A DNA stretch of 52,106 nucleotides, the filler included, from Bipalium vagum (lineage: Eukaryota), in NCBI GenBank assembly GCA_037834085.1. It is 3 parts of 3 records of this genome, joined end to end, with 100 filler letters (N's around TTAATTAATTAA, not from the genome) between each part and the next. Parts side by side here need not be neighbours in the genome. Positions count along the whole stretch, not along the records: positions 1 to 15,787 come from JBBMKC010145911.1; 2 more parts are not named here. The stretch is one strand, 5' to 3'. Of this stretch, positions 1 to 11,750 are shown piece after piece. Under the pieces are notes generated by a model. The model was not told the origin of the DNA, did no database searches, and was given only the letters and a program-made list of their open reading frames with translations. How positions within the stretch are numbered: the first letter of the stretch is position 1; the number at the start of each line of letters is the position of its first letter. Both the position numbers and the translations under genes were made by a program.

Positions 1-649
1 GTCTTTCACAAATCCTTACATAAAAAATAAAAATTAAATTAAATTAAAAACACAAAAATAATCACAATTGTCAATAATAAAATGTTTATTGTGGGATACT
101 CCACATATATTTCAATTAAATAATATCTAAATCTTAATTTGTTAAGATTTGAAAGGCTTGAATGTAAATGACAGGAACAATAATGGTAAGAAAAAAATTA
201 ATATTAAGTACCGAATTCTACTTTTATTTAATCTTTTATTTTTACCATCACATAAATTTTGTTTAAATAATATAAATTAATTATTAAAATTATTGTTCAT
301 TGATTTAAATAATGATTTTAATCATTTATTTATTTATTAATTTTGAGTGAAAATTTATCCGCGGTCTAACATCAAAATTAAAACCTTTTACTTTACGATT
401 TTAAAATCCGAAAGTTACTGAATCAATCAAGCGAATTAATAAAGGGTTTTTCAAGGGTACGATCTGTGTTTAAGATGCCCAGCTATCATTCAAGAGATTC
501 AGTAAAATCAATATGAATAATAATATGGATATGAATTATATTATGAATATGAATTATAATGAATGTGAATAATTATATGTTATGCCTCTGATAATTCTTT
601 TCTTTAAATATTAATGAATTATTATTTTCTATGTACATTATTAAAAAAT

Positions 650-1130
650 GTAATGGATATCAAAAGTTTTTATGAAAAATATAAATGATGTGCCAAAATA
701 TATTTTCTAGAAATGATACCAATTTCTTTTGGAAAAAAATATGGATTAAGGAAATAACATTTTTTTGAGCAATGGTTAAACTAGTGATATCATATATTAT
801 AAATAAGTGCAAAATTATGTAAAAATAAATATTTGTGGTTGTTTGAGCAAAAGACGGTTAGATATTTTTATTTGATGAAACAAGATCAGAGATAAGTGGA
901 GATGTTAATGACACTTGGTACTTCACTTTACAAAATTGGGAAATAATTTTGGGTTTCAGCTTATGACAATGGTAATATATGATTGGATAATTATGTAGAC
1001 TATATTAATTTTTGTACCAATATTTGATTGGGTAATAATAAAATTTTGGTAAATATATTAAAAAAAATGTTTTTGATGAAAAATAAGAATGTTTTCGCAA
1101 AGGCAGACTGGTTGAATAACTTGAAGGCAT
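650..1130 (+). mobile_element. Highly degraded Tc1-like transposase relic
   Basis: Fragments read FLFDET (first catalytic D motif), SAYDNGNI (cf. WGCFSAxGxG) and ILKKNVF; many frameshifts, no TIRs found; boundaries approximate. Confidence 0.35.
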
Positions 1131-1344
1131 ATCTCATCTCTTAAGAAAATCAAAGATTTTAATCTATTGAAAGATTCATTTAATTCAATAAGTATAAAAT
1201 TTCATTTATGCGAAAATTTTAATTATAAAATTTTAATTTTAATGAAAAAGATTAAAATAATAAAAAGATATTTTTATTCGTCAATCAATGTCCATGTCTA
1301 TTAACGATTATAAATAAAAAAAGGTTTTTAAACTTTTTAACAAA

Positions 1345-1680
1345 CAATAACTGAGAAAATAGTTACACCAGATAAATCTAGAATGTAATCGCCCTTATTC
1401 TCTATCACCTTTTGCCATATTTCTGGCAAACTATGATTACCTTGCTCCTAAAATGTCGGCATTTATGATTTTAAAAGTTTTCGTCGTACTTTTTTCATTT
1501 CATTTTCATCATGGAATGGTTTGTTACCAATAGATCGTTGTAATGCTGCAAATAGGTGACAAGGTGATTGAGGCATAATATTTCTGCTCATTTCCTTCAA
1601 TTTCTGTGATGTCATATTTGAGAGATGCGCTGGCACATTATCATAATGAAAAAGTTATTTTCATACACCTTATTTATTAG
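1345..1680 (-). mobile_element. Mariner transposase C-terminal relic
   Basis: Minus strand reads HYDNVPAH, EIMPQSPCHLF (YSPDLAPSD deleted) and LPEIWQKVIENKGDYI, the typical mariner C-terminus. Confidence 0.75.
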
Positions 1681-4199
1681 CAAATTTGTTTATAACTTTT
1701 TTCACTTCTGCTAAATATAAATATAAAATTAAATATAATTAATTAATGCCGAATTACATACGATGAAACTAATAATTTTTCCAATTTCCTATTTTTCTCT
1801 TTACTATATATTATATATTTCAACCTCATTTAATAAATAATATTACGATAATAATAAAATTAAATCATAGTTCAGGTTTCATTTTAGGAAATCTGTTGAG
1901 ATATAAGGAAAGTTTGAGATTGTTTATTTTGGAATAATTACATATTAGTTCATTAAAACAAATTTAAAATGGCAAAAAATTGAATTATTTACCGATCACA
2001 ATTTATTTTGAGAGTACCAACATCATATAGAAATGAACTGCTAAAAACAATCAAGATTTTCTTGATTAGGTTATAATGGGAAACCAAACGAGTAGCACTA
2101 AATGGATAATAAATTTCCCACTGTCACTTTTCTTTTTTATTTTTGCCAAAATTAAATAAATAATATTTTTGTTTTCTTAGACTCTTAACAAATTAACTAG
2201 TTAAAATGTGAAAAATTGTGAATGTGGAAAAACAATTTGGATCAAAATAATAAAAAAATATAATACTTTCGAAAAACAAAAAAATATAAAAAAATTAATT
2301 AATTAAATTAAATTAATTTTTTTATAGTAATAAATAAATATAAATAAGAAATCCAATAAAAAAGCAATAAACAATTTTAAACAATTGATAAAATTTCCCT
2401 CATTTTGTTTTTAGACAAAAATATATTTTGCTGCTGAAGTGAAATTGTATTACAGAACACATTGTCCACCTACCTTTCAAACTTTTATGGTTAAAAGCGA
2501 ACTTTGGTTTTCAACGTGTTCCATTTCATATATGGTATGGATTTTATTTCTTAGAATCATACAACACGTTTTTCATCATGAATTTTATCAATAATATTTG
2601 ACCAAAAGTAAATGCAAAAAAATCATTTGAAAGCGTTTTGTTTGTAATCCAACATTTTTAACATTATTAATTTTCATCCATAACGTTCACCAATCGGTTA
2701 ACATAAACTTTGGTGAAATATTTTATACCGGTGGTTAAATGTTCTGGTAATAGTTTTAGATTTACTTTAATTTAAAGTTCTGTGATTTGAAAATACAACT
2801 GATAGGAAATTTTATTTTGATGAAAAAATAAAAACAAAATTTTACCTTTTTTAAAGGTAATAAGGTTCAAAAATAGTTTCAAATGTAAATTCGGATTAAA
2901 TTCGGTTTAATCCCAGTTTTGTTTTAACTGACTAATTATATACCTGTCTGAAATGAAATTGCATTTTTTTCCTTTTTTATTTCATGATATTAAGTTAATA
3001 ATTTTAACTAAATAATGTATAATCAAGGTAACAGTCCTCTTCAGGAGTATAAGTATTAATTGTTACAAAGATGTTGGCGTTACAATGTTAATAAAATGTA
3101 TTTAATTTCAGAAAAAATAAAGAGCCTATCACATCCAAGTATTTTAAATAAATTGTTATCTTATTTATTACAGTTTAAAAATTCATGATCCTAAATATTC
3201 TAAATAGCCCGTTCAAACAAAACGTTGTCAAACCGAATTTCAATCGTTAATTCCGTAAGATGTGTTTCTCAATTTCAGTTTATGAAGATTGTTATCTTCG
3301 ATTTTAACTTATATATTTGATTCAAAAATATTTTACTTGATTTTTATCAGTCAAAATATTTAAAACTGATTTTTCTATTTCGGTGAATTTTGTATACATT
3401 ACATTTAAACTATAAAATTGAAACCATTATATTGGGTAGAACACTTTCTACAGGCTTTTTCCTTTCCATGGATATTCTCTCACTTTTCAATGACAAGTAT
3501 AAATGAATTTCAATTAAGGAGAAAAAAAACTGGAAAATATTTATTGACTTTCACAGATGATGAATAAGGAAAAAAAGACTATTCCATGAAAACTGTAACA
3601 AGTCATTTTATAATGTCTAGTTTAATTAAAACAAAACTGAATATTTATGTAAGGAAAGGAAAATATTTTTCTAAGATTTTCGCTTTCAGATTTCAAATGG
3701 TGTATATCATTACGGGAGTTAAATTAAATTATATCTTGGAGCTTACTTTCAGGCTATAAAGATAGGATGAGGTGAACTAATTACGAAAGAGTTAAAGAAA
3801 TTTCTGCACCCTTTACAAAAATTTCCAATTCATATTAAATATATTCTGCAAAATAATTATTTCTCCGCTAATCTTATTTGAAATGGGTTCACAGTTCAAT
3901 GCAAAAAAGAGGTTGATTTACATTTTAGAAATAAAACGTTAAAGCCAATATGAAAAAGTTTTTCAGTACATCAAAGAAATCAGTTGAAAAATGACACCCA
4001 ATTATAATTCTGACAAAACTTGTTAAAGGTTTCGTTGAACGGAAATAACATTTCAATTAATATTAAATAGTGGGATAAAATTGAAACATTTTAAATATAT
4101 TTTGCCATGTACACGTTTTTTATCAGTTGAGAACAAATTTTGTTTAAACATTTATTAATATGATACATGTTTCGAACATTTTATCCTTTCTCCAATCAT

Positions 4200-4310
4200 C
4201 ACAAAATTCGGTTTGAATTACTCATCAGAAATGGTGTTATGTTCCATCACGGCAACGCACAACTGCACACATCTATAATGACTCGCTAAAAATTGAAAGT
4301 GCTGAACGTA
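4200..4310 (+). mobile_element. Short mariner relic
   Basis: Reads ELLIRNGVMFHHGNAQLHTSIMTR*KLK, cf. mariner NRKGVVFHHDNARPHTSLMTRQKL. Confidence 0.65.
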
Positions 4311-5504
4311 TAGTTCAGACGTAACATATTTCGAAAACGTTTGTTTATGTTTCTGCAGAATGTTCTTTATTATTTTAAGAGAAAATTTTCAAAATTCAAC
4401 TTTGAATTTGTAATATTTGTAATAAGGAAACTTATATTATCAAAACATCTCATGGGTAAGAGAGTCTTATTATAAAAATTTATTCCTCAAGCCTATATAA
4501 TTGATTTTATTATTATGGTTTCGTAAGTGTTTTTTTCTTTAGATAGATAGGACAGTTGACAGCCTAAAAAAATATATTAAGACAATTTGATTATTCTATT
4601 TAAACAACAGGAAAAGGTGAAGTTTAATTTTTAAATCTTTTCATTTTCGTTCAAATAAAACAAAATTGTTTCAAATTCTATCTATAAAATATAATATAAA
4701 ATATACTATAATTTAATCAACTTTTTAACATAATTTAAATATATCACAATATATATTATATTTATTTAAATATTATAATATAAATTATAAATCATAATAT
4801 TTCTAATATCATTTATAAAATGTTATGTGTATTCTCTTTACATATTTATTACTATTTCAAAATTTAGTTATTGTTTAATGATGTGGCTATAAAAACAGAC
4901 GATTGTAATATTTGTTTCGAAGAACCCATTGTTATCAATGATTTCATGAAGTATATATTCATAAAGACTATTGTTACTAATGTTATTGTTCTGAATATTA
5001 CATTTTCTTAATAATGACTTCCAACAATAAATTTTAACATTTTATTATTTCAAAATATTAGTTTTCCTGAGTACATGTACATAGTTACTACGTTTTTATA
5101 TTATTTAGAAAATGTAAATAATTAAATATTTTCATTTGGAAAAATTACTTAATATTTATTATAAGATTTTTACTACGGCACAGAGTTATTGGATATTTAT
5201 CTATTATTAATCTTAAAGATTAATAATTAATAACTACATATAATTAAAAATTGAAAAAAATATTTTGAAATACACGTTTATGCTATATATTTAGGTTTAA
5301 GGAATCACTCAGAAATATGTATTTTTTTATTATGAATATGTCCTCATCCTTATCCTAACTATTTGTAACACACCCTTGTGTTTTTTTAAGAATACCATCT
5401 AAACTATTATTTGTATTAAACTTTATTTTAAATAAAATATAATTAGTGATAGTAATGATAATAAAATAATAATCATTATTATTATTATAAATTATATATA
5501 TATA

Positions 5505-6713
5505 CAGGGTGTTTATTATGTATGTTAACATACTTTCATTTTAAATATTTTAACAAACAATAAAGATATAAAGTAGGTAATACTTTTTTATTTGAATAAT
5601 ATATATTTAAAAACAAATACAATACGTAATTATATAATTTGACTCCCGTTGATAGCTTGGAATGGCGTAATCGAGACAGTACATTTAGGCATGCTCGCTG
5701 GCACATTCTAGTATCAACAAACATGACTGATTTTATCCTTGAGCTCAGTGATTTTATGTCCCTGCACACATTTTGTTTTAGATATCCCCACAAGAAGATC
5801 GGGTGATCGAGGAGGCCCTTCAATTGGACCTCGTAGTCCAATCCAGCGATTTTGGAACTTTTTGTGTAGCCCGTTCCTGACTTTTTGCGAATAGTGCGCA
5901 GGTGCCCCATCGTGTTGTAAGTACTTACTATCTCTTGATATTCTAGGCCATAAAAACTTTTCCAGCATCTCCAAATACGACTCACCAGTTACCGTATCTT
6001 CGAAGAAGTATGGCCCAATGATTTCTTGTGAACGTAAACCACACCACACCGTTATCCCGACCCTGGAGTTTTTAACAGGAATTGTGGCGGTTAACAACTC
6101 CATTGAGCATGAACTTACTCTCGTCTGACCATACTATCTTGTTGACCAAGGAAGAGTCATTTAGGAATTGTACCAACATTGTCTGATAAAATTCCATTCT
6201 TTGGTCAAAGTCGTCATCGCTGATCTCAATTACGGTCGACGGCTTAAATAAATGAAAGCCTGCTTCATAAATTGCCTTGTAATAACTGCTTACAGTCATG
6301 CCAAGTTCCCTAGCGCCCTGCCGAACTGGCAAATTGCTAGATTCTTCAACCAATTTTTTCACTCTTTGAATTGTTTTCGTTGTTAATGCGGAACGTGGTC
6401 GGGCGAAATTTACTTGATCATGAACACTTCCACTCTTAGACTTTTCCACTATTTTTTAATTGCTTGCCTACTTGATGGTGTATTGATAAACTTCTTTTTT
6501 CAATGCCTAATTACTTCTTCAAAATTATCAAATTTGGAGTTCCATATAACAATTTGAATTCTTTCTTCCATCGAAAACGCAAAGCCATTTTATTTTTAAA
6601 TTAACTAAATGGATTATTAAACTTTTAATCCATATAAACAAATTAGTAATACTTTTATTCTTTAACTTGTAATTTAAAAATAAAGTATGTTAAAAAACAT
6701 AATAAACACCCTG
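5505..6713 (-). mobile_element. Near full-length Tc1/mariner DNA transposon, DD41D (rosa)-type, defective
   Basis: TIRs CAGGGTGTTTATTATGT..TTAACATACTTT at 5505 and its reverse complement ending 6713; TA on both flanks; 1209 bp. Confidence 0.92.
5600..6588 (-). pseudogene. DD41D-type transposase with a stop and frameshifts
   Basis: ATG at 6588 MALRFSMEERIQIV; WSDESKF; VTGESYLEML; QHDGAPAH; RWIGLRGPIEGPPRSPDL then FLWGYLK in a shifted frame (third catalytic D deleted); ORFs 6072-6449, 5714-6103 and 5536-5985 are pieces of it. Confidence 0.88.
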
Positions 6714-7666
6714 TATATTATAAATATCATATTTAATTATTTATTCTTGTTTTTTTATATCTAGACAAATATAGAATCGAAGTTTTGTTTAAATAAATGT
6801 AAAATAAATAAATAGAATCAGTATTAGAAAAAACGTACAGTTAAAGAAATGCTGTCCGTCAAATTTTTGTATTCTCTCTTGATGACATCTTTTCCACCAA
6901 TCTGAAAGTTAAAAATTTAAACAAAATAAAAATCATTATGATAAAGTAGGTTTTTCAAATTTTTCATGTTTGATATTCAGATAATTTACATAATTTTTCA
7001 ACATTGTGATATTTTTTGATTAACAAAATACTTTTAATAACTCTTTTTGTTAATTCCAATGAATTATTATTAGTTTAATTATTATTTATTATACTTAAAA
7101 CTCATTAAAACGTAATTATAATTTAGTTTAAAGGAAAATTAAGTCTTTCTATTGACAAATCTTCTCTTTTAAATATCATTTTATATATTGCTTATAATAT
7201 TATGTAAATCATTTCAGATTTTTGTATGTTGTGATTAAAACCATACCAACCTTATGATCCAGAAAAGTATTATCTAGTTGAATGAAATGTATTCACTAAT
7301 TGGTATTAAAGAAACAAAGCAAAGACTTCAAACAAAGCTTTCCTGAAGCCATATCCAAAGTGAAAGAGATACTTTGATGATTTAATGTAGTCTTCAAAAG
7401 TATTACAATAAAAAAGACTTATTTTTTATAAATGTAATTAATTCCACAATATATACTTAAATCATTTTCTTTTCGATTTATATTTACTTAAGAAAAGAAT
7501 AAATAACATTCTATTTATAAATTATAAATAAAATTAAAATAAAAAAGACGACGGTCTAATTAGTAATTTAAATATTTTGCAAAATTTTGATGGTCAAAAT
7601 TATTAATATTTTCTTTTTTTAAAATTAAAAAAAAATATTTTTTAAATAATATTTTTAATTAATCCG

Positions 7667-8050
7667 AGAATACTTTCACAATCCATTGACTTTCACTTTC
7701 TCTTGTTTGAATCTTGATATCTGGTTGCCCCTCTTTTATTAATAACGATTCGCATATCTTTAGTTCATCGTTAATATCAAAATTTTTTATAATTACTTGA
7801 AATTCTTCAGTGTTAACTTTACCTTTTTACACAATACAATTCAAAGAACGATCTAAAACTTTACTGGTTCTGTTTAATTGCGAATGTTCACTAATACGTG
7901 TTTTGGGTTGACACTGTGTCTCCCCTATGTATATGTATAATCCATGACATTAAAATTTGTATATGATATTAGGTTTCAATATTGTAATTCTTAAATAACT
8001 TTTTGCTTTTTCTGTCATTTATACTACTTTAAAGCAAACTACTTCTTAGC
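7667..8050 (-). mobile_element. Penelope-like element 3' fragment (GIY-YIG endonuclease)
   Basis: Manual minus-strand translation NIIYKF*CHGLYIYIGETQCQPKTRISEH...ELKICESLLIKEGQPDIKIQ contains the GIY/YIG, R..EH and ESLLI..P motifs of PLE endonucleases. Confidence 0.85.
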
Positions 8051-8066
8051 AAACTATTATATCATA

Positions 8067-9030
8067 TTGAAAACATACGGATTCATTGAAAAAATCATGA
8101 TGAACCGTTTGCCGATATATTTAAAAGGGGCAGCTATGGATGATTATTTAGATCTGGTAGCAAAAGGTAAAAATGAAAGTTGGTTAAAAGTTAAAGAAAC
8201 ATTAGAGGAAAAGATATTTACCGGCGATACAGATCATCTCTTTAGAAGGCAATTTGTCATTACAGTGCAACAGTCTAATGAAACTGTAGCAGATTATACT
8301 CATAAATTAAGGACCGTAGCCCAGAGATCTGTCGGCATCCAAGACAATTGGGACAAAAATACACAGGCAATATTCAAAGACCAATGGTGGTCTGGTTTAA
8401 AATTGAAATACAATCTGCTATCATAATGTATAGACATGGTGTATTCGATAAGTTATTAGAAAAATCAAAATTAGCCAAAACCACAATAGAGGTAAAGGAA
8501 GGAAATTCAATAAGTAAAAACCCAAATCGCATCAACAGTTAATAAATAAGCAAACTATACAGTGTTATCGATGCAATGAAATGGGACATGGAGCCCGCAA
8601 TTGTCCAAATAATAATAATGTCAGTAAAAATGTGAGATTCAATGGATTTGCCATTGAAACTTATAATTCTTTAGATGGTTATAGTCCACGTCCCGTCATA
8701 AAAAATCAATTTCAAAATTGAGCTGTAAGCCCACTAGTAATCAATATAATAATAATCAATTTAATAATTCTTTTAACAATAATCAATTCAGTAAACAATG
8801 CATGAAATGTGCTCGTAGAAATCATTTGGAAAATGAATATAGGGCCATGAACCTACAATGTGTTCAATGTGGTAAAAGAGGCCACGTTAAAGATGTCTGT
8901 CGAAGCATCAATTATAATTCTCCCCAACGGCAGCAAATAAATGTTGAGGGAAAGATGTCATATATGTGGAAAATTTGAGCATAATCAAAGAAGTTTTCCT
9001 AAACTATCAGGTCAAATTAATACTGTCCAA
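8067..9030 (+). pseudogene. gag: Gag (capsid-like region plus four CCHC-type knuckles), 5'-truncated and frameshifted
   Basis: LKGAA..W..VK..L..F..QQSNETVADY..KLR pattern; knuckles CYRCNEMGHGARNC (8563-8604), CMKCARRNHLENEY, CVQCGKRGHVKDVC, CHICGKFEHNQRSF. Confidence 0.88.
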
Positions 9031-9348
9031 GATGAGACAGATATTAATTCCCAAAATCGGTTAGCCTATATAGAAAGGTTAGAAACAATTTTGAAAAATG
9101 ATTATTCCAAAATGGATCAAAGTAATCCTGAGGATGTTTCTTCAGATGATCAACTTAGAGTTATTTCTGACAGAGCTCAACAGTATAGAGCAGCGCGACA
9201 GATCGCAGAAAAATTGGTTAGTGGAGAAGTACCCATAGATAATTTATAAGAAGCAAAGCATTTTTTACTTCAAAATCAAATAGGCAAAGATATTGCATTC
9301 AAATTATTACAAAAAATCAGCAGGTTATATTTAAAAACAAATGAGCAA

Positions 9349-9558
9349 TTTACTCTGTATTATAGATACCCTGATAATGTAATAGAATTAAATACCGAAA
9401 CTACAGCTATAATGGTACAAGAAATAATCAATAACGTTAATGAATTGATTAATCGAAATTTCAAATTAAAATATTATGGCACAGAATTAGATCCCAATAA
9501 TAGCATCCTGGATTATGGTACAATACCAGGTTGGCATAATATAATTGATATTTATTTT
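9349..9558 (+). pseudogene. Candidate ubiquitin-like (beta-grasp) domain in the polyprotein
   Basis: FTLYYRYPDNVIELNTETTAIMVQEIINNVNELINRNFKLKYYGTELDPNNSILDYGTIPGWHNIIDIYF resembles ubiquitin [29 protein letters not shown]; same frame as the last knuckle. Confidence 0.5.
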
Positions 9559-10140
9559 GAATCAGAAGCGGTTATAAGTGAAGAAATGGTGTGCTCTATG
9601 ACAGATATAAACGAACAAGATTATAAGCATATGCAAAATATCCCCACCATGTTAAAATCAAGCTTTTATTAAATTCCGTTGTCAAAATGCCGATACCAGT
9701 TAAGAGATTGGAAAAGGTAGTAAACAAACTTCATAATTGGGTAATCTTTTCAGTGTATCACAGAAAAGATTTAGAAGAGGTGTTATTAAAATATAGTCAA
9801 TCAATTTGTCAAAGTAAGGAAAATCCAACATTTATCCAACATTTTTATATGCCTGCTGGCACAAGTCATTATTATTTATTTTATTATTTACCGTAGATAC
9901 TCGAATATAAGTCGAGGTTTACCATGTCCAAAACCTGGTACATCAAATCAAGATCCAATATATGATCAACAACCTGAACTTCAAACAAGTAGTTTGGACA
10001 GAAGTCAGCAACGGAACTCTTTTTATCCACAAAATGAATTAAAAAGCATTAGGCTATCTATGCAAGATCATGAAGTAGTAATGCGTCTTGACATCCCATA
10101 GAGAACGTCATGTATGGTCATGGAAAATCTCAAAGAGGAC

Positions 10141-10460
10141 CTCAGACCGCACATTGTAATGAAACTTAATGATCATATCGTGGTTGCACTAATAGACACT
10201 GGTGCTCAATTTTCAACTATTCATCATGCATTTTTGACAGAAATGGAAAGAAATACAATGAATTTTCAACCCATAACAGTTTATAGTGTGGGTAACTCAC
10301 CATATATCATGATGGGAACATTTAAAAGCATTGTCACCTTATTGGATTATACTTTCCAACATGAATTGCATGTCGCATATGATAATCCATAAAGTTGTGT
10401 CATTGGAATGGATATATTATTAATAATTCCACACGCTGTATTAGACATTGCTGCAAAGTG
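10141..10460 (+). pseudogene. Retropepsin (aspartic protease) copy 1
   Basis: ALIDTGAQFSTI (D at 10195) and, after an in-frame stop, CVIGMDIL (the ILGxD motif). Confidence 0.9.
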
Positions 10461-10644
10461 ATTGTATGTTCCAAATTATGCCACTACGGATGGAGATAAT
10501 TCCACATCCAGTTCAGCATCTTCACTACCGTCATTCGAAGAAGTTTTCGGTGTAGACGAAGATTCAGTCATGTCAACATCTGCAGTTAGTAATCACGAGG
10601 TAGATCAACTTACACAAACATTACCCGTATTGTTCACAGTTCCA

Positions 10645-11283
10645 GACCAACATGGGGATACACCTCTCCATAATGCTATCTTACGAGGTAATGGTCGTAG
10701 AGCTGTCGAAATTATTGAGCTAATTAAAAATTCATACACATAGGTTCTTGAAAGGGAAAATAATTTTGGTCATACTCCTCTTTTAATGACATCTGCATGT
10801 CAAGTACCTGTTAATCTATTAAATCTCCTAATACAATACGGTTGTCATATTGATAGATGGGATAAGGCAGGTAAATCCGTAGTAAATCGTGCCATTGATG
10901 ACCAAAACAGGGAAATAATGCATTATCTTATGGACGCAAATTCGACAACAACATTTACCTCAAATGTTTCAAAACTATGGTCATAATATTCAAACATCCT
11001 TACATTTTGCAGTGACTACAAATTTCGCAGAAGGTGTCAGAATGATCACTGAACTAATTGGTATTGATTTAAAATATATGGCAAATGTAAACATAACCGA
11101 ATTCCTTAGATATTAAACTCCTTTACATCCCGCAGTTCGATTTAATCACAATACAGATATTCTTAAAGTACTGCTTAGAAGACCAAATATTAATATTTAT
11201 TATAAAAAGGAAAATGATAAAGCGGCATTACAGTTAGCCCAAGACAAACAAGCAGTTGACATGGTTGATTTACTATTAGAAGC
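10645..11283 (+). pseudogene. Six ankyrin repeats, IkB/Cactus-like
   Basis: DQHGDTPLHNAI; ENNFGHTPLLMT; WDKAGKSVVNRAI; NYGHNIQTSLHFAV; ANVNITEFLRY*TPLHPAV; ENDKAALQLA..MVDLLLEA; two in-frame stops and one frameshift near 10970. Confidence 0.88.
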
Positions 11284-11420
11284 AGAATATGATATTGGCA
11301 ATAATATTGGACAAATGCCAAATATCACTTCTAATTTAGAAGCAGATGAGGAATCTCCGGATAATCCAGATCAGGCACCAAGCGTCAGTTGTCTAAGAAT
11401 TTTACAATTCCGAAAAGAGA

Positions 11421-11750
11421 CAGGACCAATTTTGAGTATAAAAGTCAATAAGCGTACTGCATATGCATTAATTGACACAAGATCCCAAACATTTTTAATT
11501 GATGTCCGAATATTAAATATCGCCAAACAGGAAGCTATTAACACCCGACTTGTTTCAGTAGTCGGAGTGGATGGCAAGTCAGTTCCTCTTATTGGAACAT
11601 GTAGATGCATTTTACCTACTATGGGGCATGATATTGATCATACCATTAAAGTCATGAAATACAATGAGATTGAATGCATCATATGAATGGATGTGTTATC
11701 CAAAATTCCTGGTCTCACATTAGACTTTGCCACACATCAATTAAAATTGC
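11421..11750 (+). pseudogene. Retropepsin copy 2
   Basis: YALIDTRSQTFLI (AGA one base from GGA, giving DTGS), flap VVGVDG, CII*MDVL (TGA one base from GGA); same frame as the last ankyrin repeats. Confidence 0.85.

Noticed and set aside
2400-2760. Possible minus-strand Tc1 relic (FWSNII, KVGG)
   Set aside because: Too degraded to delimit
10141-10460. Host Ddi1/DDI2 gene (UBL plus retropepsin)
   Set aside because: Intronless, stop-interrupted, embedded between gag and pol, and lacks the Ddi1 FVDSGAQ signature
10645-11283. Independent host IkB gene or inserted processed pseudogene
   Set aside because: In frame with PR1 upstream and PR2 downstream, no poly(A) or TSD seen, decay similar to the rest of the element; not formally excluded without other copies
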